This document shows, piece by piece, positions 37,939 through 52,197 of a stretch of 64,000 nt of DNA. A program made the translations under genes and the position numbers. This DNA is from Antedon mediterranea (lineage: Eukaryota; Animalia; Echinodermata). Location: NCBI RefSeq assembly GCF_964355755.1, contig NC_092675.1, positions 29,050,912 through 29,114,911 on the forward strand, in the 5' to 3' direction. Position 1 is the first letter of the stretch; each line of letters opens with the position of its first letter. Under the pieces are notes generated by a model, which saw only the letters and a program-made list of their open reading frames with translations, did no database searches and was not told the DNA's origin.

Positions 37939-38473
37939 GATGAGTTCCACCCTTTCATTGAGGCCTTATTGCCACATGTAAGAGACTTTTCTTATGTGTG
38001 GTTCAACCTCCAGGCCCGTAAACGCAAATACGTAAAAAAACATGAAAAACGGATGACACAAGATGAAGAACGTCAAACAAAGGAGGAGTTAATGAACGAC
38101 AAACCGGAACTGAAACAAAAATGGGCTTCACGGCTATTAGCAAAATTACGGAAAGATATACGACCAGAGTGTCGTGAGGATTTTGTATATACTGTTACAG
38201 GCAAAAAATTACCATGCTGTATTTTAAGCAACCCTGACCAGAAAGGTAAAATGCGAAGAATTGACTGTTTACGACAGGCAGATAAAGTGTGGCGTTTGGA
38301 CCTTGTAATGATCGTGTTGTTTAAAGCGATCCCTCTGGAGAGCACAGATGGTGAGCGTTTGGTGAAGTCTTCCACTTGCGGCAATCATTCTCTTTGCGTC
38401 CAACCGTATCACATCAGTGTCAGCGTACGAGAATTGGATTTATACCTCGCCAACTTCATTATGCAGACACCTG
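37939..38473 (+). CDS. NFI: NFI DNA-binding/dimerisation (MH1-like CTF/NFI) exon ([14 protein letters not shown]...[15 protein letters not shown])
   Basis: ctgtatag acceptor and G|gtgagt donor; 535 nt. Contains hallmark [62 protein letters not shown] and LCVQPYHI. Confidence 0.99.
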
Positions 38474-41400
38474 GTGAGTTCTATTAAATAGTTTGTCTAA
38501 AGCTCTGCCTACCCTTTACTCATTAATAGCAGCAGAATAAATTTTAAGAAAGAATACAAGAATTGACACTTTGTCTGATACAAATTAAACAATATTTTCT
38601 ACTAAATTCATTGTGCAAAGAATTATAAATTGGTATTTGAACTTAATGATGTCATTGTTCATTAACATACAATACCATATAAAATTGGTAGAGAATTAAT
38701 TTTCTGTAGCATCACCACCCAAGTATGAAGCTTTTCTTTTGTCAGTTTACTGTATATTAATTAACAGTTTTTAATTTTGTCACTAAAAGTTCTGTAATGT
38801 CTTTGTACAATAAATTAGAAAACACACTGTATTTTACACATTATACTGTGGCGCTATCATTTCTTATCATGTGACATCGTCATGTATCTTCGCTAAGCCT
38901 GTCGAATGACAGTTTAGCTGCATGCGACTGGCACACATTGAGACTCCTCTAGGCTTTCAATTCTTATTGTAATGATTTCAGCTCTCAGCTGATAGGAGGT
39001 ATTCCCCGTTGACCTGGTTTTAAGTTGGAATCACTCCAAGCTAGCTCTCAATACACACTGCATACTCACTGTTTGTTATAGGAGAAAGCTTCTATAGTAA
39101 TTGATTGAGTATCTGACTGTACATAATCAGTGGGTAAAGAATAATACAAGAATTGTCAAAATAGTTGGCAAACACTGATACTGTTGGTAATAATGATATG
39201 AGCTACTGTATAAAGTCTGGATATTAAAGACATGTAACTTGCTGTTCCATTTATATGCCCAATATACTCTAACCTTGAGGGGTAATTGTGTAGTTAGTTT
39301 GTGGTAAAAATGTGACACATTATATTTACAGGATCATTAATTTTCAGATTATCCCAAGAAATCACTAATGTAACATTACAGATACTGTAGTTTGTAAAAA
39401 AAAACTATACATAATGTTGGAAACACTGCATGCAAAACCATAATTAAAAATTGATCAATTTAATAACATTAATTTGAAGTATGTACACAGTCAATTTTCA
39501 ATGATGTTTATTTAAAATATTTATGGTAAACGATCTATAATAATATAGTACATCATCTCATTCTTGATTTCAATAGGCATGTGTAGTGATAATAAACAGC
39601 AATTTATCAAACTATCAATAAAATAATTATTAAAAATATCAGCAGTAAGCACTGTACTTTTACAAAATCAAATCAAAGTTTGTCATAGAAGAGTGGATTT
39701 GTGTAATAATTAATATTTCCTTTTATACCGGTGATCGGAACATAAAATTCAGGTTCCTATCATACCACTTCCACAATCAGCTTTCCTTAAGCCATCTTTA
39801 TATTTTGCAAAATTATAAACAGTTTCACTAAGTAATAATTTGTATAATAAGAATTATTAATCAATAAAATTAATTTGAAGTGTTGGATTTTATTATGGAA
39901 TTGCACTTACAATATGTTATGGTGGTTTAATTTAATAGAACTTGAATTACCATTAGGATTAATTTTATATTAGAGCTATTATTACAGTTAACATAGAAAA
40001 AATAAGAAAAAGCTATTTATCTTGGTTTGTATTCTAATGATAGAATTCTGTTTCTTCTTTCGTAGAATAAAAAAAAATACTGTAGAGTACAACATTAATG
40101 TGCTGTAACACACACAAGGCTTAATGTACTAATGTATAGTATGACATGATGATCCAGATTTACCAATCATTAACATGGTTTAAGTATTGACCTATTTCTG
40201 TAAAGTACTGTATTATACAGTAGCTTGAAAAAAGTGAAAAATTAAATTAAAGACAATTTATTCTATAAATTGATAGATACTGATAAGATTATTATTATTT
40301 TGTTTAAAACATCATTAAATTTAAAGATATTGTTTACAAATGGTAGGTTTATATATTGATTTGGTGTTATATAATGAGAGAATAACTTTAAAGGTAAACT
40401 GTATTAAAGCCAACATAGTTCACAATTTATAGCATTTGCAAACAATGCATTCCATGTTGCTAGATTTTAGGACTTGTGATTTGCTTGGTTCAGGATGTTA
40501 CCTTTGACCTTGAATTTGTGATTATCCAATCAGGTGATGGTCAATGTCACCAAGGTTAAGTCTCCTAAGATTTTCAACTCTCTTGACTTTATATTGAAGG
40601 GGACCTTCTAGAAAGTTTTCTTACATTTATAACTTTGTCATTTTATTAAGGGGTCTCAATTGAATTGTGTTTTTTTTAGCGTTATTGTTCGATACTTCAG
40701 TTTATTGCTATTTTAATCTTCTTAAGAAAGCGAATTGGTAGGGGAGGGGGAGGCAGTTGCAAGATTATTCAAATTTGCTGTGCATACTATACCGTTAAAG
40801 GTTGTGAAGCCTTTAAACCAGTAGGGAGAGATTTGGTAGAGCACTTTAATACTGAATATTAGGTAGTAAATTATAATATTGACTATAATAATAAATAAAA
40901 GAAATTCTTACAGACTATGGATTGGTCTATGACTACTGTATTATGCAAAATGCAAGTTGTAATTATGTAAATATAATAAATAGATAATATGGGCACTTAC
41001 CCAAGTAAGGCGTTTCTTATGTAAGTATAAAAAGCTCTATCTACAGTAATTTAGTAGCAGACATAACTATAATTTAAAGGAATTCAAATCATAGGGATAT
41101 AAAATTAGTTAATTATTAATTTTAAACATCAATCTTTTCCTTACCAGTATCTAACTAAAAGGCCTTTATGGTTCAAAATAAGGTAAGACAGATATTGTGT
41201 TGACAACTGAATAAATTTCAGGAAAGGGATGGTGGGATGGCTTTTAACATTTTTGAACAAAAAATTTTTATAATTTTTTTCATCAACAGCATTGATTTTA
41301 GGCAGTGCTACCAGATTCAACTGACACTGACTCTTGACATGAACCAATAATACATTTTAACTTCAAGAAAACCATTTAATTCAGTAAAATTGTTCTAATG

Positions 41401-41529
41401 TACTCTGGTGTCTCGAAAATTAGAGGTGTGCAATGACGCTTCAAGTTCAACAAGCTTTTTTTTTGCATAAATCTTCAAAATGCCTTGAATATTCCTGAAT
41501 GTTTTAATTTCTTTTTGTATCTTTCAAAG

Positions 41530-41700
41530 ACACCGATGTACAAACAAGCCCATCAACTACCACCAACTATACATACCACAAGTTGCCTTTAAATGCACAA
41601 TCAACCCAGTACCATACAGGCTTTCAACAGGCGTCCACCTTACCCTTGAACACCAAATATGGACATTCTGTCATAAACCATGACATTTTAGACTATCAAC
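41530..41700 (+). CDS. NFI: NFI probable cassette exon (DTDVQTSPSTTTNY...HDILDYQ)
   Basis: Long pyrimidine tract + aag acceptor and C|gtaagt donor. 171 nt fully open, phase 1-1. No recognisable homology. Confidence 0.65.
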
Positions 41701-42479
41701 GTAAGTTTTGCGCCCTCGTTTTGGCTAATACCATATTTTACAGACATATAACATTTATTTATTTTAATATTTTTCATGGAAGTATAACCAGCCACACACC
41801 ACTATTAATATCTCACTACTATACTATGCATGTACGGTAGTCCTTTTAAAAGTGGATCTACAGTAACAATTTAATTATTGTCATTAAACCACTGATATAC
41901 TGTAAATCATTTATTTGGTCATCATCCTAATTATTCTCATTCAGGTTGTCATGATTTATTTTATATAACGTCATCATTTTTATCAGTACGCCCATCTATA
42001 CATAGCATCACAAATATCATCGTGGCCATACTCTACTTTTAAACTGAAAATACATGTATTGGATTATTGTGTATTCACTATTGAAACATACAGATTTGAA
42101 CCATCCACTTTTTATTTATATCCACAATATTTGTTTTTTTATTTGTTTTTATTATGAAAATGATCACACTCATCATATTTTGTATCCAATGGGGAACAAT
42201 CAGTCTGTGATATTTAATAATATTTAAAGGTCATTCTATAGTATTTAAAGTTTTGACTAAAAAGTAAGTACTGTACAAAGAGTGGCAAGAAGCCAGTATA
42301 TCAGATATAAAGTCACATCCGCCCATTATCCAACTTCCTATCTTCTAAGAATAGAACTTTATTAAAGAACTCGCCACAAAACAGTTTCCATATTTTCCCA
42401 ACAATTTTGAAATAAAAACATTTTATTAATAAAACACACATGTGCATGTGTAAACATATCATTACATTTTTCATGTACT

Positions 42480-42671
42480 CAGTGGCGTAACGGCTATGAG
42501 CGCGCTCACTGGCTAAACCCTGGGGCCCCTCAGAGCTTATGGGGTCCCCTTAGCAGGGCCCAGAGGAAAAACAAGCATTAAAATATGTCGAAAAATGCTA
42601 AAAACGTCCGAGAGGCCTCTGGCGTTGGAGGCCACTTAGTGTCCTAAACCAGGGGCCTCAGGACGCCACTG
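42480..42671 (+). mobile_element. hAT-type MITE
   Basis: TIR CAGTGGCGT/ACGCCACTG with 8-bp TSD catgtact/catttact (1 mismatch). Confidence 0.85.
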
Positions 42672-42907
42672 CATTTACTGTTAGAATTCTGTTTGGTTTC
42701 ATTTATCAATTATTGTGTTCAATTTGTCAAGGTATACTGTATGCACAACTACTGTACTGTAAACTGCATGTCTCTCAGGTTAGTACAGAAGGTCCACTTA
42801 GTACCAATTTCCAGTAAAACCCATGATGGGCCTCTACTGAATCAATTTTGCAAACATTTCATTTAAAGGCTTTACTGTAGCCTATCTTTAAAAAAGATAT
42901 TAATGGT

Positions 42908-43071
42908 GGATATTGCTAAACCCCCGCAAACTTTAAAAAAAACATGCAATCCCCATTGAACCAACATAAAAGTGATTGAATCATGTACAGTAGTGTACAG
43001 TACAACTAACTTGGTATGTCAGTCAAAAAAATGTTTTAATTTGTGGGAGTTTGCATGGTTTAGAAATACCC
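42908..43071. mobile_element. Degenerate MITE, with a related fragment at 45465-45540
   Basis: Inverted ends ggatattgctaaacccccgcaaac / gtttgcatggtttagaaataccc, and a shared internal gaaccaacataaaagt. Confidence 0.6.
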
Positions 43072-44364
43072 TTGATGGCCAGTAATTTTGAATTGTGATC
43101 ACTATCTATCAAAATTGCTTTATACTGACTCTGGAAATATAGTTTTTGACCTATGAATGATGTTGTAACTGTATGTACAATAGGCCTAATAATGACAAAT
43201 GATTTTACATGGTAATGTTTGGAATGTGATGTTGACAGGTGTTTTTAAGTGCGGTACTGGTCCTCTTTATTTTCAGGATGTGAGCACATGATGGTATGCA
43301 CGTGGGTGTAAATGAAAACATCTTAATAATAGGCCTACAGTACATATACAGTGCTGCTTGGTTCACATTACCTTTAATTTTGAGCATAATCAAGCAGGTC
43401 GTCTTATGTGACCTAAATTGTTAATAACATTCTCAGTTTAACCCAAGGACATGTATTTTATCAACATAAACAAACTATGTATCCAAAATGTTGTACTTAT
43501 TACTGTACATTAGTGCAATGGGCCTACTGAACTTGTTTAAACTACATTTTTCACTGTACAGTAATTATCATTTCTAGATAATGTATAAAGTTCTTTTAAG
43601 GATTTTTGAAGAATAAAGCTTGTCTCTGTGTGGTGTCTTGGTCTATTCTACAGTATACACGTTTCTATTGATAAGTAAATATACTGAATTTATAAAGCAA
43701 CTAATGTTGTGAAACCTCTAAGCGCTATGTAATACAAACTGAAATTAAACCCAAACCTAAGTATGAGGATATGCCCTCATCGCTAACCAGGCTTCTGTCT
43801 AAATTCAATGATCAATTATTTTCATATTAAGTGACAATAGCTTGCTTCGCAGTAATAATAATTTGTCAATAGTTATCTTGCTGTGCTAGGCAGAAAGGAC
43901 CTCAAGTATGTGGTTTCACAATTTGAAAGTAATCCCAATATAATATGTATAAAATACAATGATTAAATGCTTATTTCATTGCTTATAATTGGGGTTAACT
44001 TACAGCTCCAGTTGATAGCAGCAAGGTAACGCTTGTCACACCCCACTGGTTTCTTCAACATTTAATATACCAGTTTCTTAAATGTCCTTGAAACTTTCTT
44101 AGCAAAACCACCGGTTCCTATGAGAATAATAAATGTCAACAACCTCATGCTTTAAACCCATATCTGGTGTATTTAGTATTGTTCATGTATGAAGTGTTTC
44201 TTTTATTGTTCCAACATCCTATGATACAATAGCACATTGATTTCATTATTGTTTTGATCTTATTCACTTTCTGTTTTTGTTTTTAGACACAATGTTTCTC
44301 AACATTAGTTATTGGTCAAGTAGTTCTTGGTACAGTAGCTTTAGGGCCTATTTCTATTGAAGAA

Positions 44365-44566
44365 TCCTCTCCTCCCTCTCAACACCCTTCCTCCACCACT
44401 CTGCCAGTGAATCAACTTCCTCCACCCCCCCCCCCCCTCCACCAGCCAATTCACTCCCTCCCCTCTACCACTCTGCCATCCAATCAAATTTTCCCCTTCC
44501 ACCAGCCAATCCACTCCCTCCCTTCCACCACTCTCCCAGCCAATCTACTCCCTCCTACTCCACCAG
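44365..44566. repeat. C-rich degenerate minisatellite (ccaccactctgccagccaatccactccctc)
   Basis: Repeated ccacca/gccaat/cactccctc blocks. Confidence 0.8.
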
Positions 44567-45208
44567 TAGTACTGTAGGTAGTTAATTAAATAGGTAGATA
44601 ATTTTTAACAAAGATTGCATTTAAAGCATATTTTTTACTATCAATAAAATTGGTTCACAAAGTTCTAATATTGACCCAGGGTTGGGAATCAAGACCAGAA
44701 TCAATAAGATGTTACAAGTTTGTTTATTTTGTGGTTTTTAATATCGACCAATTTTTCTGACAGGAAAAAAATAACAGTTATACTTTATTCTCTTGCTCAA
44801 TAGAAACAGGGGGGGGGGGTGGAAAGGGGGATAGTGCATTTATGTAACCTTGGCCTGTATCATTGTACTGTAGTGCTCACCATGATACAGTGTGTCATTT
44901 TATTAACTTGATTTACCCACTTTACTTTGACCCAATGTTGCTTCTGAGATAACAATGCGTTTACCGGAACCAGGTGCTGCAAAATTAAATCAAAATTGGG
45001 TATCAAAATTTAGAAAAATATCGTTTTTGATTCATTAAAAAAGTTTTTTTTTAATAAAAGCTGCACATTTATTTTTTGGAAAGAAAAAAAAGGAAGGTTT
45101 CATTTGTTACTTGTATGAATTGTAAGAATTGTATGGCCAACAAAAGTTAGTATTAATAGTAGATTGTTAACAATTGTTTGTTTATTTCAGATCGTTTGTT
45201 TATTTCAG

Positions 45209-45274
45209 ATCGGCCGCCTAGTGATTCAAGTGAGACGTTATCAGTGACAAGTGGTAGTGAAACCGACTATCGTG
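45209..45274 (+). CDS. NFI: NFI exon (RPPSDSSETLSVTSGSETDYR), with an alternative start at 45191
   Basis: tttcag acceptors at 45190 and 45208 and a G|gtaaga donor; 66 or 84 nt, phase 1-1. Ser-rich linker. Confidence 0.85.
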
Positions 45275-47036
45275 GTAAGATGGATGCATTTATACCTCTT
45301 TATTTTAAAGTTACATCCTGCTTTAAATTTAGTTTTTTCTCCTTTTCACAATGTTTGTTTATATTTTATAATAAACAGCAAATAAATCCCATCTGAAAAT
45401 GTAGTAAAATTAAATTAAAGTTAAAAGTAAACTGTGATTATTGAAAAGAATTTAATTTATAGTTGGGTATTTCTAAACACCGCAAACCTCCAAAAAAACA
45501 TAGCATCGAACCAACATAAAAGTTACTCAATCATGTAGTGTAAAACTGTGATTATTGAATAGAGTTTATTTTATAATTTGCTGGTGTACAGATATATGAT
45601 TTACAATGTAACACTTACATGAATGTCTTGTATGTTTCTGACAAGATACAGAAGAACATTTATTGACCACCTGTTCATAAAAATGTTTAATGGAATGTTA
45701 AGTGAATGTTAATCAGTCGCACCCTAATAATGTTTCTTACATTTGGCTCGAATGCATAATTTGCTGGAAAAATTAATGTTATGATGATGATTATAATTTA
45801 AATTAAATTATTTAAATTACAGTTGCATGTTTTACTGTGTAGCCTATATCACAAATAGATCTAATTAGCTACGGTACTACTAGTGGCTACTGTAGGTGGC
45901 GCACTATTCATCGTTAAGATTAGTTTGACTTATCCGTGCTGAAGATGGCCACAATTTCATAGCTTGCTCTTTCTGATGTTTTTCGAATTTGAAACACTAA
46001 AGCTACGCAAACTATTTTTTTCTGTGGCAACTTTAAAACAGCTAGTGTGTTTTTAATTATTTTTTTTCTACTCAATCTAGTACTGTAACAATTTTTTTAT
46101 TATTTCTAAACACAATGATTGCTGTATATAATGTGACATCCCTTGATGTAAAATGCCAATTTTTACACTGTTTTAGAAATTTTTAATTAAATGTTTTGCT
46201 ATATTTATAGGTTTTATTCATAAAAAGGATTCTATTAGTATAAACAAATTGTTTTTGTTTGTTTTAACAATATTCAATGTTTATGGAAAAGTTTTTAAAA
46301 TGCAAGTCATTCATTCATAAAAAGAGCAACAACCTCTCAAAATGATCCTTGACAAATGTTTCAAATTTCACATAATGACATCATGAATGCTATTATGGTT
46401 CCGTTTAAAGTCCAAAAGCATGTCATTCCTGGAAAAGAACACTTCCCATGATACTTAATTATATACATCGGTTGTTATATCCGCAAGGAAGTGGAAATTT
46501 TATAACAAAAATCAACACACAAACAGCATGAACACATCCTTGGTTGAGGTGCGTTTTTTTTTTCACAAATGATGTGTGGCACGCAATTCATATTTAAATA
46601 TTTTTGTGTTTTTTTTGTACTGTTTGTGTAAGTTATATTATGTATTAGAAATAACATTGTCCCCCTGAAAACAAAATGGGTATTTGTGGAATTTAATTTT
46701 GTTTTGGTCTTTTTTATCATTAATATTCAAGTTCATTTTTTTGGGCGGTGATGATTTGATTCAAACAACAACATTCTTTTTATTCATCTTTATTTTCATG
46801 TTTTGGTGGGAAATTCATCTTTAAGGAATAGAATTATCTTAAATGCAATCATTTGGAATTGTTTATATTTAAAAGTATGGGTCAGCAAAATTTGGGTCAA
46901 ATAAAAATGTTCATGCGAATAAAATCATAATTGGAATTTCCTTGAATGTAACCATGCTTAAAACAAGGCATTAATAAGATGACACAAGAACTAAACTGTT
47001 ATTGAGTCAAATCAAGAATTCATAGAACAGTGTTAA

Positions 47037-47145
47037 AGCTCTGTCTACACTAAACAAATATGGCAGTGATATGATGTCATCATGTCCATATTTGGGAACA
47101 TCACATTTTTTTGTCACATCAACGTTTGGTAGTGTAGACAGAGCT
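47037..47145 (-). mobile_element. MITE family A, short, inverted
   Basis: Both TIRs present; reverse core. Confidence 0.87.
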
Positions 47146-48499
47146 TTAACCAGATATTTCTCTCTGCAACATTGTATATATTTTTCATACTCTATTAATA
47201 ATAATTAGCTTTATTTCCAAGTTCATAGATCTGAACAACTTCAATTTCCTGTTTGCATAATAATAGTATCTTCTTCAATGTCACTTAAATATAGGTCACA
47301 TTCACTACAGTGTATCTTGTACCTTATATACCAACTTTTTTTAATATTCAAAAAAACTTGATCAATCAGCTGTCATACCATACAAAATCAATATCAATCT
47401 ACACTATACACTTTTTATTTATATACTGTGTGTACAGTATTAACCAGTGTCACGCAATACAATATTAATTATTATAGCACCTAAATAAATTCCTGTCATT
47501 TGATTGGATGATTATGGGTCACATGGCATGCAATAGTAGATTTTCGTGTACGAAAAAAACGAATCATATCGCGTTTTGAAAATATTTTCTTTAAACTATT
47601 GCTTTTAAAATAAATTTGTACTTCTCCGCGAAGATTCAGTGTTTTGTCATCATTCACCTCATGTCATTATTTGTACCATTACACTCATAAACATTAATTA
47701 TTAATAATTATTACAATTAATGATAACATTATGTTTAGATTCTCAGAAATAAGATTTTCCTATTTAAATATGATTTCCTAATATTTCAAGGAAGCGCTAC
47801 ATTAACACATATTGGAATGGAATGCCCAATAAAAATATACTGTACAGTATACTATGCAGTTATCAAAATGATTGATATGAAATTACAGTCTATAAATATT
47901 ATGCAAGTTATGATGTAAAAAATTCTTTAAAGACAATACAAGTTGAATGCACATTGTTCAATCATCATGTTTACATTGTGCATTTTAAAATAGTTTTATA
48001 ACTCAACTAAATAATTTAAATTCCATTTTAATTTCAAAACTATGCAACATCTTTCCAATTTGTTGGTAACTCGATATAATTGGTAGTAAAGTAGTAAAAA
48101 AAAAAAACACTATTGGAATTACTAACTTTTTTGTAGTTATATAACGCCCCTCGATATTCTTGATATAACCCTGGAACGTCCCTCAAATGGACTGGAGTGT
48201 CGCAATGTCAGGTGGCGCATGCTGTTGTTTAAAATTGTATCATTTTTTGAGAGTTCATTTGTTTAAACAGGAAACTTTAATTTAAATTGGTATTGTTCTG
48301 TTAACCTAAGTGAAGGTTAAATCTTGTGCTTTATGTAACATCCATAGGCATGTATGTAAGGTAGATGCTCCGCACCAAATAGCACAGTTTGTTAACCCTG
48401 TGCCTGATGCAACACTAAGTGAGTCATATCCTGACGAACCTGCACAATGATGTGGTAGTAGGCCTACAAGAAGGTGCTTCATGGCAACGTCTTATAACA

Positions 48500-48790
48500 G
48501 CTATCGTGAATCACCCGTTTCAGGCCTTATCCAACTACAATACGTTCAACTGTACTTGTTTTAAAACGTCAAAGTTTATAAACTACGTTATTGTTTTGAG
48601 TGCTGCCTTTTATTGTGGTCTTCATATGTCATTCAAGTGTTTACCAAAGTGCATTGTAACATTTTCTACATAATACATCTATACGTGTTTAATCCCAAAA
48701 AAAATGACTGGGGTTATAATGTTCAGCGCTTAGAGGTTTCACAACATTAGGCGCTATATAAAAATCCAGTATTATTATTATTATTATATA
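48500..48790 (+). mobile_element. Probable L2-clade LINE/SINE 3' tail remnant
   Basis: Ends agcgcttagag...aggcgctatataaaa..(tat)n, typical of L2-type tails. An inverted similar tail lies at ~43680-43730. Confidence 0.5.
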
Positions 48791-50270
48791 TTTGGTGCTT
48801 CATACTTTGATATATAAATTTCTTTCATTTTCCATCTTTAAAGCTGACAATATTGTTTCACTTTCTTCAAAATCTGTAAAAACAATATTGCCTTTTTATT
48901 AATAAATTGATACATTTTAGTATTTTACAGAAATAAAAAAAATAAATAAAAAATATTTACTATTTTAGAGTGATTTCAACATCTGAGAAAAAGTAAAATG
49001 AGATATAAATCTAGCATACTACAGTACTTGAATTTAACTAGCACGCAGAATTCATATTTTTCTATATTTTCATGGTTTAAGTAATGACAATATTGTATAA
49101 CAAGGGTTAATTTAGGATTATGTCCATTCACCCATCACCACCTTGAATTTACAAAATCACCTTATCAAATTTGACAGAAAGCGATTATGGCAACTAACCA
49201 GGGAAATCTCCCTGAACTAAAAAAAAATATAAAGTTGAAGGGGGTAAATGACCTTGATCAGTATATTCCTGACCACCCAAGCTGTTTCTATTTAATATAA
49301 TATAGCAGTTAGGCTCCACAAGTCTTAATCTTAAACAAGGTTGCTTTAGTTTATGACCCTGGACGTGATAACATTCCCCCTGCAGCAGCAATAGTGAAAC
49401 AATGCATTCACAAGGTCATCAACTTCTTCAACTTGGCTCACACATCACTTTCTTGAGAAAAATAGAAAGTTCTGAATGTTTTGATTTTGTAATAATAAAT
49501 TCATTAAACAAATATTAACACTTAATATAATATTAATTGAAAGTGTCATTTGTAATAGGTGTACATTTGAAAATATGTAAATTTCTTCGACCAAAAAAAA
49601 GAATTAGGCCTATCGTATTACTAATCCCACTCCCTAACTTAGGCTAGATTCGGACAGACTTTGATAATTCCATTGTTGATGCAATCTGAATATTATATTT
49701 CCTCCACTAAATTAGCAAATTTCACAAATAGGCCCCTCGGGACTATACTCGGTAATGTATACAGCAGATGTATTCACTAGACACTTTGTTGGTCCTGAAG
49801 TTGTCCCCTTCATAGAAGTAATTAATAAACTACATTGATTTATTTTTTCAAAATGTATTTATTCTGTCGGCTTCATCAAAGAAAAGAGCATGAGTTATGT
49901 TGTCATTTTGAAATCCCCCTTTTTCGCTATATTGAGAAAAACTGTGATTTAATTACACTTTGTCTTTAAGAGTTTTATTCTAATTATGTATTTGATTAAT
50001 TAAAGCATTTACATAATAATTGTTTCCTTAAACATTAGCATTAATACATTGTCCTTGAATCCAATATTCAATTTGTACAGCAGGTTGATTTGTAACCTTG
50101 ATCATAATTTCGCTAGAGATAATTCGTGCCCTAGAAAATGATTTTCATAATTGTCTTCAGTGTCATTTGGCAAACGATCCATAATTCCATGTATTTATAA
50201 TTTTATTATGATTTGACTGAAAGAAAAGTGTAGTTTATACAAATAAGGCAAGATCAAGATGTTAATATAA

Positions 50271-50400
50271 AGCTCTGTCTACACTATCAATTTCAAACTT
50301 GATGTGCCCATATATGGACATGATGATGTCATATCACTACCATATTTGGGCACTATTTGAGCACACTTATTTTGTCAAACTAGTTTCATAATGTAGAGCT
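50271..50400 (+). mobile_element. MITE family A, degenerate
   Basis: Left TIR, core and a partial right TIR. Confidence 0.83.
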
Positions 50401-50625
50401 TTCGTCTTTTTTTCAGTAATCACTATAGAACATTGGCAGACCAAAGGAGTACCTACTTGATTACAATACAAACGTTAGAACTTTAGGTGGAATTCAGTGC
50501 TTAATTTCACAATTTCCCAACATGCACTCCCCTCCCCCATCTCATTTAAAATCCTTGGTCTACTGCTGCAGATATTTTAAATTGATTTTAATTATATTTT
50601 AGTTTATAAGTACGTCATAACTTAA

Positions 50626-51256
50626 AGCCCCATTCCCTACGTTTTTTAGATCTAATTTAAGATCACAAACTATATTTAATGTAAAAATAATACTATATGG
50701 TCCTATTGCGATAACTTTTTTCGTCTTTAAAACGGTTAAAAATGTGAAAAATAAGTCGATTCTAATAATTATAGCGGCCCGCTATAAATCCTAAAATGCA
50801 TTGCGCGCGGATTGGTATTTTTGTTTTTCACCTGTAATTCGCCCACTTTTCGATCGATCGTGAGGCCAAAACAAATGGAAGACTCCTAACTTTTCAGCGA
50901 AAATACCGGGTTTTCCCCAATTTGTATCAACGGAGTCTGGCAAAAATAGAAAGACAATTAATGCAGCAACTATACAACGTCAGGCTAGGTATATAGCTCG
51001 CGTACGGTGTTCGTACGTTACCGATGTTTACCAGCTAGGCCTACAAAACAAAGCCTAGCTAGGCTAGGCCTAAGACCGTCCACGAGAGGTTGATCGCCGC
51101 GAGCTACTTACAGTAGGTAGTGCATTGTTTCTCACTTTTTATCATAATTTACCATAAAACGTACATTTAAGACAAGGAATGACATGGTTTAATGTTTTTA
51201 AAGTGATATATATGTATTATTTTCCAAAAACGTCCAAAATTGCAGGGAAGGGGTCT
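50626..51256. mobile_element. Kolobok-like non-autonomous DNA transposon
   Basis: TTAA on both sides, AG...CT termini and an imperfect TIR agccccattccctac / gcagggaaggggtct. A second diverged copy starts at 22479. Confidence 0.72.
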
Positions 51257-52197
51257 TTAAGGATCATGATATTAAACAAGTCATTGTATTATTGGGGAAT
51301 AGGAATGGGGTCAGGTATGTTAGTGACTCTATCTACCACTATCCAACATCTGCATCTTGGGTACAATTAATAGATATTAATCTCTACAAGATATTAAATT
51401 CATGTTGGCAACACCAATACTTTTATGAAGAATTTCTATTTTGGAATTCCCTATAGAATCCTCTTTAAATTACAATATCTTATTATAGAGGGCAGTATTT
51501 GCATGTCACTCTGTGTTAAACTATTCCATCTGGTGATATGAGTGTTGCCCTAGTTTTGTGACCCATAACTGAAAAGTTTACAGATATGCTTTAATTTAAT
51601 ATTTACACATCAAAATCACAAAGTAATTATTACTGTAGCAGAGGTTGTAGTCGCATTCAACATTTTTAATTCAAAAGCGGTAATGTTTTTAAGTACCGTT
51701 TTGAAGTTTAGATTCAGTTACCAGGTGACAACTTATGAAAGTTTGTAAATGTTGATCTAAAAAAGTGCATACAGTACAAGGAACGAATCGTCATAAAACA
51801 ATCAAATATATCTAACATCAGTTTTATAGTTTCAATATATTTTAGAAGAGCACTTTAAACTACGATAGCTTCCCGATGGTACTATTATGCGTATTGAATA
51901 ATTACTGGCGATAAACTACATAGAGGAAGTGAAGAGAGGTAACCTCCTTCCGACCAACGTTTCACATCTGTTAAATTGACGATTATTATTGCTAGAACAT
52001 CCAGCGATTGTCCGTTTGTACTTAACCTATAGTATATGATACTATTACTAGTATTGTGAAGTACTTTGGCAAGATTTCATCTGAAAGGGAAAGTCCCTTT
52101 ATTGCTTCCTACTGCTGTGCCTTCATCTTTTAGCTTCAGCTATCATTAAATGATCTTATATATGCTTTGATTTTGTGTTTGATACCCGGAGGACTAA

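Noticed and set aside
38073-38384. 103-aa - strand ORF
   Set aside because: Antisense shadow of the NFI DNA-binding exon.
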